NCBI GenBank assembly: GCA_051532055.1
Contig: JAOPTX010000035.1
Span: 55,279 to 81,330 of the forward strand
Origin: Fibrobacterales bacterium
Lineage (GTDB): Bacteria; Fibrobacterota; Fibrobacteria; Fibrobacterales; JAOPTW01
DNA: 26,052 bases
Reading direction: 5' to 3'
The stretch's first letter is position 1, and each line of letters begins with the position of its first letter. Below are positions 8,701 through 15,834 of this stretch, piece by piece. Made by a program: the position numbers and the translations under genes. The notes beneath the pieces were generated by a model. The model saw only the letters and a list, made by a program, of their open reading frames with translations, was not told the origin of the DNA and made no database searches.

Positions 8701-10909
8701 GAATCGGTTCGAAGATAGCCGTGACCTCTTGGTCGCTATCCATTCTCAGTTGTGCATCTACAAGTGTAGATGTGAGCGCCCCTTGCCATTCAATGAATCG
8801 CGATCCAATTGCTGCAGATGCATGAAGAGAGACGAGAGTGCCTTCAAGGTAGTCGCTTTGTATAGGGGAAATATCTATGGACCCTGTTCCTAATCCACTA
8901 GTATTTGTAATAAGCGTATATCGCGGAATTGCCATGAATTCAGCACTCAATGTAAGGGGGGTATTAATGGTAAGTATCTGAACTGCATCTGTAGAACCAT
9001 TACTCCATTGAATGAAGCGTGAATCATTTGCTGCTGATGCGGTAAAGGTCACCATTGAGCCTTCTTCAAAAAGAGGTCCAGGGATTGAGGAGGCTATCGA
9101 ACCACTTCCGGTGCCAGTGTATGAGTAGTTAACCAAGTAGGTCGGGATTTCTTCAAAAATTGCGGTGATATTTTTATGGGCATCCATGATGATTGTTGGG
9201 TTTAAAAGGGTACCCACAAAATCTCCAGTCCATTCAACAAAGCGCCATCCGTTATCTGGCGCTGTTGTTAGTGTAACAGCTTCACCATCTCCAAAAGAAC
9301 CTTGGTCTGGGGTGATCGTTCCGTTGCCAGCAGTAGTGACTGTTAGGTCGTAGGTCACTCCTGGAAGTCCATAAACATCAAAGGTAAAAAGTGAATGTCC
9401 CCATTCCGTAGTACGAGAGGTTCCTGTTAGACGAATGTATTGCCCAAGTTTATTAATGGTTATATTGTCTGTTCCACCATTTCCATTAGTTGTTGAATAG
9501 GCACTTGTCCACGTTATATTGTCATCAGAAACTTCAATTTCGTATGCTTTGGAAGCGGCAGTTTCCCAGTCAAGTGTAATCGTTGTTATTTGAAATTGCG
9601 CCTCAAGATCAATGGTAATCCATTGAGGGTCACTGAAATCACTTGACCAACGGGTTGAAGCATCGCCATCAACTACTTTAGAAGCACTATAGCTACTCCC
9701 TTCATTTGAAGAAGAGGTTGCAGGTTTGTTGAGCGATATGAGAAGTGGTGTAGTAATTTTAGCAAAATGCGCAACAATAGTTGTTGCTTGATTAATAGTG
9801 ATAGTGGTCGGATTATTTGTCTCGATTCCACCATCAATTACAAAATGGGTAAATTCGTAGCTTCCGATAGGGTTAGCGGCGATAGTAATTGAGCTATTCT
9901 CTTCTACGATAGAAGGGACTAATGGTGAGAATTCACCACTTCCAACTATAGAAGTAGTAACAGGATAGGTTGGGACTTGTTCAAAAGTAGCTACAAGGTC
10001 TACATCCTGATCTATAGTGATATCGAGTTGTGGCGTAGTGGACTCATATGTTCCCGTGTACCCAACAAAACGTGACCCTGGTAATGGAGTAGCAGTAAGA
10101 CTTACTACTTCACCTTCAAAGTAGGATGTTTGAAAAGAAGAGAGCGACCCGTCTCCTATAACAACCGTAGAAAAGCTATGTGAAGTAAGTGGAGCAAACT
10201 CAGCAGTTACAAGGCGATCCATATCCATGATAACGGTTGTTGGGTTTGTTGTGATTTCATCAGCACCAATAAGCCATTTATTAAAAGTAAAGCCATAATC
10301 AGGGACAGCGGTCATCTCTACCGATGTATTTTCAGGGTAAAGGCCACCAGCAGGCAAGATGATTCCGTTGGTTGCAGAAGTGCTGAGAGTGTACTCGACC
10401 AATGAACCTTCGATGATTGAAATATTGTCAAGAAAAAGGTCTCGTCCGTTCATCCCAATATTAAAGCTGACACGAGCAGATGGGTTACTCTCTGCAGTTA
10501 CAGTATAGGTGTAAGTGTAATTTTGTTTTGTAGTAGATATAGCTTGTCCACCAGTACTACTATAATTTGTCCAAGGGGAACCATCTTTTTCAATTTGAGC
10601 ATCAATTTCTTTGGCTCCTGATGCATAGGCATCAAAACTAAAAGTATAGGTACTGCCTTGTATTTGGGGAATGTCTTCTTGAAGAAGTTGGACTCTCCAG
10701 ATGTCACTGCCGCCATCGATAATTGAAATATTAAGTTCGCCTGCAGTAACGCTCATAGATGCGTTGGAGCTATAGGTGCCTAATTTCCAGTTTGTTGTGC
10801 CGTTAGTAAAATCGCCATTATTAATCAGGTTTTGCCCTGAAGCGAGTGTAGTGATAATGAGTATCATGAATAATGACACTCTCACCAAAGGTGATAGTAT
10901 TGATATCAT
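5744..10909 (-). CDS. Secreted multimodular GH3 beta-glucosidase: CBM4/9-like + 3 B-repeats + CBM32 + 4 B-repeats + PKD/REJ-like + malectin + PKD + GH3
   Basis: ATG 10909 is preceded by AGAGGGG, and a signal peptide ends at LASG-QN. Domain motifs: NLINNGDF..W (CBM4/9), NKPATSSS..DGDASTRWSS..QWITIDL (F5/8C, CBM32), NQAPFADAGADQ (PKD/REJ-like), AVNAGG..LYQSERWG..HFAE (malectin), WNWDFGDG..QNPLHTY (PKD). GH3 motifs: RDERWGR, KHYVGDGG, SDWDG, GESPYAESQGD. Confidence 0.92.
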   Translation of the reverse strand: MISILSPLVRVSLFMILIITTLASGQNLINNGDFTNGTTNWKLGTYSSNASMSVTAGELNISIIDGGSDIWRVQLLQEDIPQIQGSTYTFSFDAYASGAKEIDAQIEKDGSPWTNYSSTGGQAISTTKQNYTYTYTVTAESNPSARVSFNIGMNGRDLFLDNISIIEGSLVEYTLSTSATNGIILPAGGLYPENTSVEMTAVPDYGFTFNKWLIGADEITTNPTTVIMDMDRLVTAEFAPLTSHSFSTVVIGDGSLSSFQTSYFEGEVVSLTATPLPGSRFVGYTGTYESTTPQLDITIDQDVDLVATFEQVPTYPVTTSIVGSGEFSPLVPSIVEENSSITIAANPIGSYEFTHFVIDGGIETNNPTTITINQATTIVAHFAKITTPLLISLNKPATSSSNEGSSYSASKVVDGDASTRWSSDFSDPQWITIDLEAQFQITTITLDWETAASKAYEIEVSDDNITWTSAYSTTNGNGGTDNITINKLGQYIRLTGTSRTTEWGHSLFTFDVYGLPGVTYDLTVTTAGNGTITPDQGSFGDGEAVTLTTAPDNGWRFVEWTGDFVGTLLNPTIIMDAHKNITAIFEEIPTYLVNYSYTGTGSGSIASSIPGPLFEEGSMVTFTASAANDSRFIQWSNGSTDAVQILTINTPLTLSAEFMAIPRYTLITNTSGLGTGSIDISPIQSDYLEGTLVSLHASAAIGSRFIEWQGALTSTLVDAQLRMDSDQEVTAIFEPIPTYTITTASTGSGTISLSPTGGTYNEGTTVTITAEPDTYWQLDSWGGALSGSTLSQTITIGNNLEVSALFSEIPNQAPFADAGADQYAYPQNLITLDGSNSNDPDSRPQPITYTWSQASGPTIALSDFAVINPTFTPSDIGTYVFDLMVSDGDLNSQVDQVVITIEEEVIEELIFAVNAGGSLFTDDNGIVYESDNNYSGGKTASTTKSISGTTNDILYQSERWGASSYDIPAVSGEYRIEFHFAETYWTTSNKRVFDISAEGTTVINNLDIVNEVGTLTRYDIIVEDIPVTDGTLSIEFHNASVDQPKISGFRVYKTADIFYGNFSVDTKFGSAPLAVQFTDNSSDKTIGWNWDFGDGTTSTTQNPLHTYSTNGVYSISLTITNVQGETVVITKNDLIEISDVNPYEVQADALIAQMTLEEKIGQMIQVEYPSASYSEIRDYGIGSILGGGSWVPGNNTITDWSDAIDGAQDAATHSRLGIPMVFAADMVHGHAKLYGATVLPHNIGLGATNNPDLVYEMGRITKTEGLAAGVPWNFAPCVAVVRDERWGRTNEGFGETPDINSVMGDMQILGMQGDDGDWQIDMAPSIKHYVGDGGTAWGSAPGGLINPGVLYLNDAELRSIHLPPYESAVDIDVASVMVSYSSWHNTENGDERPTHLDGYLINDVLKGELGFKGVVLSDWDGIARAGDGYTAWTVADGINAGIDMVMVPSAWKTFRSALLQAHSNGWVSTNRINDAVKRILLMKYRLDLFENPWVKRELHSQVGSAAHRDLARQAVRESLVLLKNENNALPLSKNEKVVVVGPWASKIGAQSGGWTIDWQGDIDHNIIGTSIYDGMNQLGNNVWYDEYGNNLADADVVVVVVGESPYAESQGDHTYGSSSVYLSQNPHADLVGKVANSGKRIVTVLLSGRPMIINPEYNASDAFIAAWLPGSEGLGIAEVLFGDYNFSGTLPHSWPNSYSQIPINVGDGQTPKFQYGFGLTY
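8488..10396 (-). repeat. Seven ~70-aa InlB B-repeat-like protein repeats (3 + 4, interrupted by CBM32)
   Basis: Recurrent pattern Y-T-L-T...G-x-G-S-I...Y-x-E-G-x-x-V-x-L-x-A-x-P...F-x-x-W-x-G...I-x-M-D...V-T-A-x-F in the translation. Confidence 0.8.
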
Positions 10910-10996
10910 TGAAATGCGCCCTCTCAATTGTTATGTGAATGTATGGTACTTTCTGCAAAGTAGCTTACAAATGTTGAAAAAAATAACGAAAATAGG

Positions 10997-11014
10997 TGTA
11001 AACTTATTGTTACG
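10997..11014. promoter_or_regulatory. Palindromic box TGTAAA-CTTATT-GTTACG upstream of the large GH3 gene
   Basis: Two mismatches to TGTAAA-N6-TTTACA with the same N6 spacing, about 90 bp upstream of ATG 10909. Confidence 0.55.
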
Positions 11015-11088
11015 ATTCTGGGGCTTTTGATGGTTTTTACGGGTGTTTGAGGGTTGAATGGGCGTTGAGTAGCTTTTGTGAAGGATAT

Positions 11089-11122
11089 AAAAAAAGGCCT
11101 CCATGATTTATGATGGAGGCCT
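11089..11122 (-). terminator. Intrinsic terminator of the 11734-11145 operon
   Basis: AGGCCTCCAT...ATGGAGGCCT perfect 10-bp stem, preceded on + by an A-run (U-tract on minus). Confidence 0.85.
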
Positions 11123-11144
11123 AATAAATAATTGTTCTCAAAAA

Positions 11145-11351
11145 TTAGCGTTTTTTAAAGCCACGCTTCTTTTTCGACTTCTTTTTTAACTCAAGAGATG
11201 TGACTCGATCATTTAATCGATTCACTTGCTCTTTCAAAATATCAATCTGTGATTGCACATTTTTCTTTTTGCTCTTTTTATGAACAGGGGTAAAGCCCAT
11301 TATCCCCATTATTAGAAAGCCAGAAAGAGCGCCGATTAAATATTTTTTCAT
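11145..11351 (-). CDS. Small protein (68 aa): signal/TM helix, short coiled coil, Lys-rich tail
   Basis: MKKYLIGALSGFLIMGIMG; heptad-like QIDILKEQVNRLNDRVTSLE. The start overlaps the upstream stop (TAATG), indicating translational coupling. Confidence 0.7.
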   Translation of the reverse strand: MKKYLIGALSGFLIMGIMGFTPVHKKSKKKNVQSQIDILKEQVNRLNDRVTSLELKKKSKKKRGFKKR

Positions 11352-11734
11352 TATTCATCATCTCCAGTAAGGAATATAGTGATAGTATCCCCGGCTGTAA
11401 CGTTTTGGTCGATATCCCAACTTACTTCTTCCCAGTTGTTATTGAGTTTAGGAATGTTAACTTCTCCATAAACAGTAAGTGTCCCAGAGTGTGGGGTTAC
11501 TTCTTTAATTGAACTCGTATTACCATAGGTTATTGTTTCGTTCCACTTTTGCTCTTGGACTTCGATGTTTTTCATGGAGTATTGGACTGTTCCACCAACT
11601 TCTAACTCTTTTTCAACTTGGTTAACAAATTTGATGTAACCAACAGCTGGAGCTGTTTCTGTAACAGTGATTTCACAACCAATAAAGCCTGAAATTAAAA
11701 AAGTAGATACTATAAAGAGTTGTATGATTTTCAT
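11351..11734 (-). CDS. Hypothetical lipoprotein (127 aa, beta-rich)
   Basis: AGGAG RBS; signal peptide with lipobox FIGC. Confidence 0.8.
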   Translation of the reverse strand: MKIIQLFIVSTFLISGFIGCEITVTETAPAVGYIKFVNQVEKELEVGGTVQYSMKNIEVQEQKWNETITYGNTSSIKEVTPHSGTLTVYGEVNIPKLNNNWEEVSWDIDQNVTAGDTITIFLTGDDE

Positions 11735-11873
11735 TGTTTCTCCTAAATGGGGTTAGTTTATGTACGCATAAGCTCCACAAAGTAGCATTTCATAAAAATT
11801 AGTCACGAGCATCTGAGCAAATAACGGCATAATGAGCCTGAAAATTCTAAAAATGCATCTTTTATAGTAATAA

Positions 11874-11902
11874 TTGATTCTAAAAGGCTTTAGTGATATA
11901 AT
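11874..11902 (+). promoter_or_regulatory. Sigma70-type promoter of the hybrid kinase gene
   Basis: TTGATT-N17-TATAAT with extended -10 TG (11894-11895). Confidence 0.7.
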
Positions 11903-11937
11903 AGAGCTATAACGACTTACTCATTTAATGGTTATTT

Positions 11938-14900
11938 GTGATTACTTTTTTACGGACTATTTTCGACATTTCTTGGGTCCATTCAGTAATGGTACTGGTT
12001 GTGTTTTGTAGCAGTATGGTATCAGGGCATGTTCTCTTAGGAGAGGGGGGTACTGATACGACAGCTCATGAACATGCAATTGTATTTAACAGTGATACTG
12101 TTTTGATCGATGATACTGAAACTGACCAATATATAACGCTCTCAATTCCCTATGTAACGAGTATGAGTCCTATATTGGCAATTGGTGGTGTATTTTTGGC
12201 AGTATTGGGTTTTGCCTTGTATCGCTATCGTCTCTACCGGCTTAACATGCACACCCTTATTTTAAAAGAGCAAGTAGCCCTTAGGACTCAGGAGCTTGAG
12301 ATGCTCTCAGTAGTAGCTCGTGAAATTGACAATGGTGTTGCCATATGTGATGCAAAAGGTACTTTCCAGTGGATAAATGAGGGGTATAATAGGCTCTATG
12401 GTTGGGGGTTGAGTGAGCTTTATTCATTACAGAGAGATACTATGAGTCGCTTTTATGGAGAGCATACTCATGAGATTCTCGCGGAATGTGTTGCTGATAA
12501 AAAAGCTATCCATTTTAAAACATCTCTCTTTGCGGCAGATGGTCATGAACTTTGGAGTCACAGTACCCTTACCCCAATTCTGTCCGAAAATGGAGAGGTT
12601 AAGCAGGTTATAATTGTCGATTCAGATATTTCTGAGCTCGAGGTCATTAGAAAAAAAGCAGAAGAAGCAAATGTTGCAAAAGGTGAGTTTCTTGCTAACA
12701 TGAGTCATGAAATTAGAACTCCTATGAATGGGGTTATTGGTATGACCGGTCTTCTTCTTGATACTGATTTAGATAGCGAACAACATCGTTTTGCTGAAAC
12801 TGTTCGTTCAAGTGCAGAATCGTTGTTGGGTCTTATCAATGATATTTTAGACTTTTCAAAAATTGAGGCAGGTAAGCTTGATCTCGAGTTGATCGATTTT
12901 GATTTACAAGGGTTGCTCGATGACTTTTCCTCAATGATGATCTACAGGGCGTCTGAAAAAGAACTCAAATATGAATGCAGTGTTGAAACTGATGTGCCTA
13001 CTTTGTTAAAAGGTGACCCTGGTCGTGTGAGGCAAATATTAAACAATTTAGTAGGGAATGCCTTTAAATTTACAGAGAAAGGTTTGGTTGAAATCCATGT
13101 TTCTCAGGTGTCGAGTAAAAGTGGGGGGGCGCTTCTAAAGTTTTCAGTGGTGGATACGGGGCTCGGTATTGCTGAAGATAAATTGGGGACGCTCTTTGAA
13201 AAATTTACTCAGGCTGATAGCTCTACTACTCGAAAGTATGGGGGGACCGGTCTTGGGCTTGCTATTTCTAAACAGCTCTCAATTTTAATGGGGGGGGAAG
13301 TAGGGATTGAGAGTACCTTGGGGAAAGGGTCTGAATTTTGGTTCACGGTTGCATTTGACTTACAAGAAGAAACTGAAGCTCTAAAAGAACTTCCAGAAAT
13401 TCAGTTTGGAGATGTTCGTACTCTTGTAGTGTTTCCCGAAAATGACAGTCGACGTATTTTGGTGGATCAGCTTGTCTCAGTGGGGGTGTTGTTAGATGTA
13501 GTCGATTCGTTTGGTGATGCAATTGCAAAATTGCATGCTGCCCTCATTAAGGGTGAACCTTATTCTGTTGCATTGATTGATATGCATCTCCCAGAAAAAA
13601 ATGGTGAGATGCTCGGGGCATTTCTCAGAAAAAATCAACAATTTAAGGCATTAAAATTAATTCTTCTCACAACACTCGGTGATAGAGGTGATGCTCGTGA
13701 GTGTAAAAAAATAGGGTTTGATGGGTACTTGACGACTCCCATTCATAGAAATGAGTTGCGAGGAGTTTTAAGTGAGTGTTTGACTAAAGAGAGCGATGCG
13801 CCACTCACAACGCGCCATACCGTGCGAGAGTCCCGGGATATTCCTCTGAATAAACAGGGGAGGATTTTAGTTGCTGATGATAATATGATTAATCAGCAAG
13901 TGGCAATAAATGTTCTCAAAAAATTTGGTTTGAGGGCTGATGCTGTAGCAGATGGCAGAGAGGCCATTGACGCGCTACAGTCGATATCATATGACCTTGT
14001 GCTGATGGATGTGCAAATGCCTGTTATGGATGGTTTAGAAGCGACAAAAAAAATACGTACAGGGCTCGAAGGAGTCAATACTGCGATACCAATTATCGCT
14101 CTGACTGCGGGCGCTATGCAAAAGGATAGGGATCTCTGCTTTGAGTCGGGGATGAATGATTATCTTGTTAAGCCAATAGATCCATACGATCTTAAAGAAA
14201 AACTCAATAATTGGCTCCCTGAAACACCAGACCATAATACGAGTGACAGTGCTCAAAAGAGTGCTCAGAAAAATGAATCGAAACAGATATCTCAATTAGG
14301 GGGACTCGTTCTTTTAGTAGAAGATAATAAATTGAATCAACGAGTTGCCTCAAAGGTTATGGACAAACTTGGGCTTTCAGTAATGATTGCAGAAAATGGA
14401 AAAGAAGCAATTGAATTGTTACAGAAGAATGCATTTGACATAATTTTTATGGATGTACAGATGCCTGAAATGGATGGAATTGAAACGACTAAACACATTC
14501 GTAGCGGTGATGCGGGTGAAGAAAGGCGTGAGATCCCCATTGTTGCTCTTACTGCCCATGCTGGATCCAAGGAGTGCCTAGCTGCAGGGATGACCGATTT
14601 TCTGTCTAAGCCTATTGCCCGAGATTTGGTGAGAGAAAAAGTGGTTAAGTGGGTAAAAAGAGCTATGGAGGAGCAGCTTGAGGTGTTTAATGACGAGTTG
14701 TTGCTTCGAAGAACTATGAACGATATGGACCTCGCGAAAAAAATTGTCGGCCTCTACCTAAAATCAATTGATGAAGAGAGTGAGTCACTTTGTAAAGCTA
14801 TTGAAGATGGGGAGCATTCCACTGTTTTAGAATTGGCGCACTCTTTGAAAGGGGCTACTATCAATATTGGTGGGCAGCGGTTGGCAGAACAGTTGGTTGC

Positions 14901-15018
14901 TCTTGAAAAAGAGGCTCACACAGCTCATGTATATTCCATACAAAGAGATGTCCTGCTTGGAGACGTTCAAGAGTTAGTAGGGGCACTTACTCTTTTTATC
15001 CAGAACGAGAACGGGTAA
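11938..15018 (+). CDS. Hybrid (unorthodox) sensor histidine kinase: TM-PAS-HisKA-HATPase-REC(degenerate)-REC-REC-Hpt
   Basis: H-box FLANMSHEIRTPMNG; N-box NLVGNAFKFT; G1 DTGLGI; F-box FTQAD; G2 GGTGLGL. Receivers LMDVQMP and FMDVQMP; Hpt AHSLKG; PAS segment INEGYNRLYGW. The exact start codon is uncertain (GTG, no clear RBS). Confidence 0.93.
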   Translation: MITFLRTIFDISWVHSVMVLVVFCSSMVSGHVLLGEGGTDTTAHEHAIVFNSDTVLIDDTETDQYITLSIPYVTSMSPILAIGGVFLAVLGFALYRYRLYRLNMHTLILKEQVALRTQELEMLSVVAREIDNGVAICDAKGTFQWINEGYNRLYGWGLSELYSLQRDTMSRFYGEHTHEILAECVADKKAIHFKTSLFAADGHELWSHSTLTPILSENGEVKQVIIVDSDISELEVIRKKAEEANVAKGEFLANMSHEIRTPMNGVIGMTGLLLDTDLDSEQHRFAETVRSSAESLLGLINDILDFSKIEAGKLDLELIDFDLQGLLDDFSSMMIYRASEKELKYECSVETDVPTLLKGDPGRVRQILNNLVGNAFKFTEKGLVEIHVSQVSSKSGGALLKFSVVDTGLGIAEDKLGTLFEKFTQADSSTTRKYGGTGLGLAISKQLSILMGGEVGIESTLGKGSEFWFTVAFDLQEETEALKELPEIQFGDVRTLVVFPENDSRRILVDQLVSVGVLLDVVDSFGDAIAKLHAALIKGEPYSVALIDMHLPEKNGEMLGAFLRKNQQFKALKLILLTTLGDRGDARECKKIGFDGYLTTPIHRNELRGVLSECLTKESDAPLTTRHTVRESRDIPLNKQGRILVADDNMINQQVAINVLKKFGLRADAVADGREAIDALQSISYDLVLMDVQMPVMDGLEATKKIRTGLEGVNTAIPIIALTAGAMQKDRDLCFESGMNDYLVKPIDPYDLKEKLNNWLPETPDHNTSDSAQKSAQKNESKQISQLGGLVLLVEDNKLNQRVASKVMDKLGLSVMIAENGKEAIELLQKNAFDIIFMDVQMPEMDGIETTKHIRSGDAGEERREIPIVALTAHAGSKECLAAGMTDFLSKPIARDLVREKVVKWVKRAMEEQLEVFNDELLLRRTMNDMDLAKKIVGLYLKSIDEESESLCKAIEDGEHSTVLELAHSLKGATINIGGQRLAEQLVALEKEAHTAHVYSIQRDVLLGDVQELVGALTLFIQNENG

Positions 15019-15035
15019 AAAGGGAGATTGGTCTT

Positions 15036-15656
15036 TTATGGAGTACTTTCAAAGGTGAGTGAATCAGGAAGAAGTGGTAGAAGTGCAGTTGAAATAGAAT
15101 CCATAACAACAACGAGAGAATCAATTTTAGTACTATCATGAAGTGTCGTAGCATCAGGTTGTATTAGTGATATATTCTCTTTTAAGCCATACATATTTCC
15201 TAAAAAGATATGGAGTTTATCCTGAAAACTTGCCTCTTGGCTTGGTAAGAGGGTGTTTGAATTGAGTTTTCCTCCAATGTAATCGAAAGAGGTGTTAAGG
15301 CTCCATAGTGAGTCGGCAACAATGCCTAAATATCGAGGTATGGTGTCTAACGCTGAGGATGATGGTGTGGCTTCAATTACTGAACTTGAAGAGAGAGTGG
15401 GGGTTTGAGCACTACTTAATGGTGCGCTGCTTGAAAGTGTGGCTGCTGAAGAAGTAGTTGTATTAAAGGAGGATCCAAAGTAATCAACCCAGTCTATTGA
15501 AAGTGCACTAGAGCTGTTAAGGGATGACGAGAGAGTGGTTTGAGAGGAAGAGATAGGTACGGCGGTAATAGTTGGCAGTTCCTGCTCGTCTACAACACAG
15601 TGGGTTAATGTTACTATAAATGTTAGTATGGCTAAAATGTATACACTTATGGGCAT
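15036..15656 (-). CDS. Hypothetical Ser-rich probable lipoprotein
   Basis: AGGAAG RBS before ATG 15656 (preferred over 15698). Hydrophobic signal ending LTHC, followed by repeated SSS linkers. Confidence 0.7.
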   Translation of the reverse strand: MPISVYILAILTFIVTLTHCVVDEQELPTITAVPISSSQTTLSSSLNSSSALSIDWVDYFGSSFNTTTSSAATLSSSAPLSSAQTPTLSSSSVIEATPSSSALDTIPRYLGIVADSLWSLNTSFDYIGGKLNSNTLLPSQEASFQDKLHIFLGNMYGLKENISLIQPDATTLHDSTKIDSLVVVMDSISTALLPLLPDSLTFESTP

Positions 15657-15755
15657 AACGCTTCCTGTGGTATGTGTGTCTGGTTGTCTGAATCTCATTC
15701 GTCAGGTGTGTATTGGGTATGGGTCGTCGTGACACCAGACACAATGAGATGTATA

Positions 15756-15784
15756 AATGTAGGATTGCTTAGAGTGAGAATCAA
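15756..15784 (-). promoter_or_regulatory. Sigma70-type promoter for the 15656 gene
   Basis: Minus-strand TTGATT-N17-TACATT; predicted transcription start near 15750. Confidence 0.55.
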
Positions 15785-15788
15785 GTGT

Positions 15789-15827
15789 CAATGTTAGATT
15801 GGTGAGCATTTTATCAATCTAACATTG
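15789..15827. repeat. Perfect 13-bp inverted repeat CAATGTTAGATTG-N13-CAATCTAACATTG
   Basis: Seen directly, between the 15835 stop codon and the -35 at 15784. Could be an operator or a terminator-like stem. Confidence 0.6.
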
Positions 15828-15834
15828 GTATACC

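Noticed and set aside
6466..10716. Numerous 60-145-aa alternative-frame ORFs inside the large GH3 (similar ones occur in the kinase, GH16, RND and SDR genes)
   Set aside because: Fully nested in well-supported genes, with no RBS or motifs.
10910..10927. TTG start at 10927 for the large GH3
   Set aside because: This stretch contains the RBS (AGAGGGG) for ATG 10909.
10954..10969. TGCAAA-GTAG-CTTACA as a fifth box
   Set aside because: The spacer is 4 rather than 6 nt and both half-sites are degenerate.
14248..14271. Short tandem repeat encoding SAQKSAQK
   Set aside because: Only two units in an inter-domain linker; not an array.
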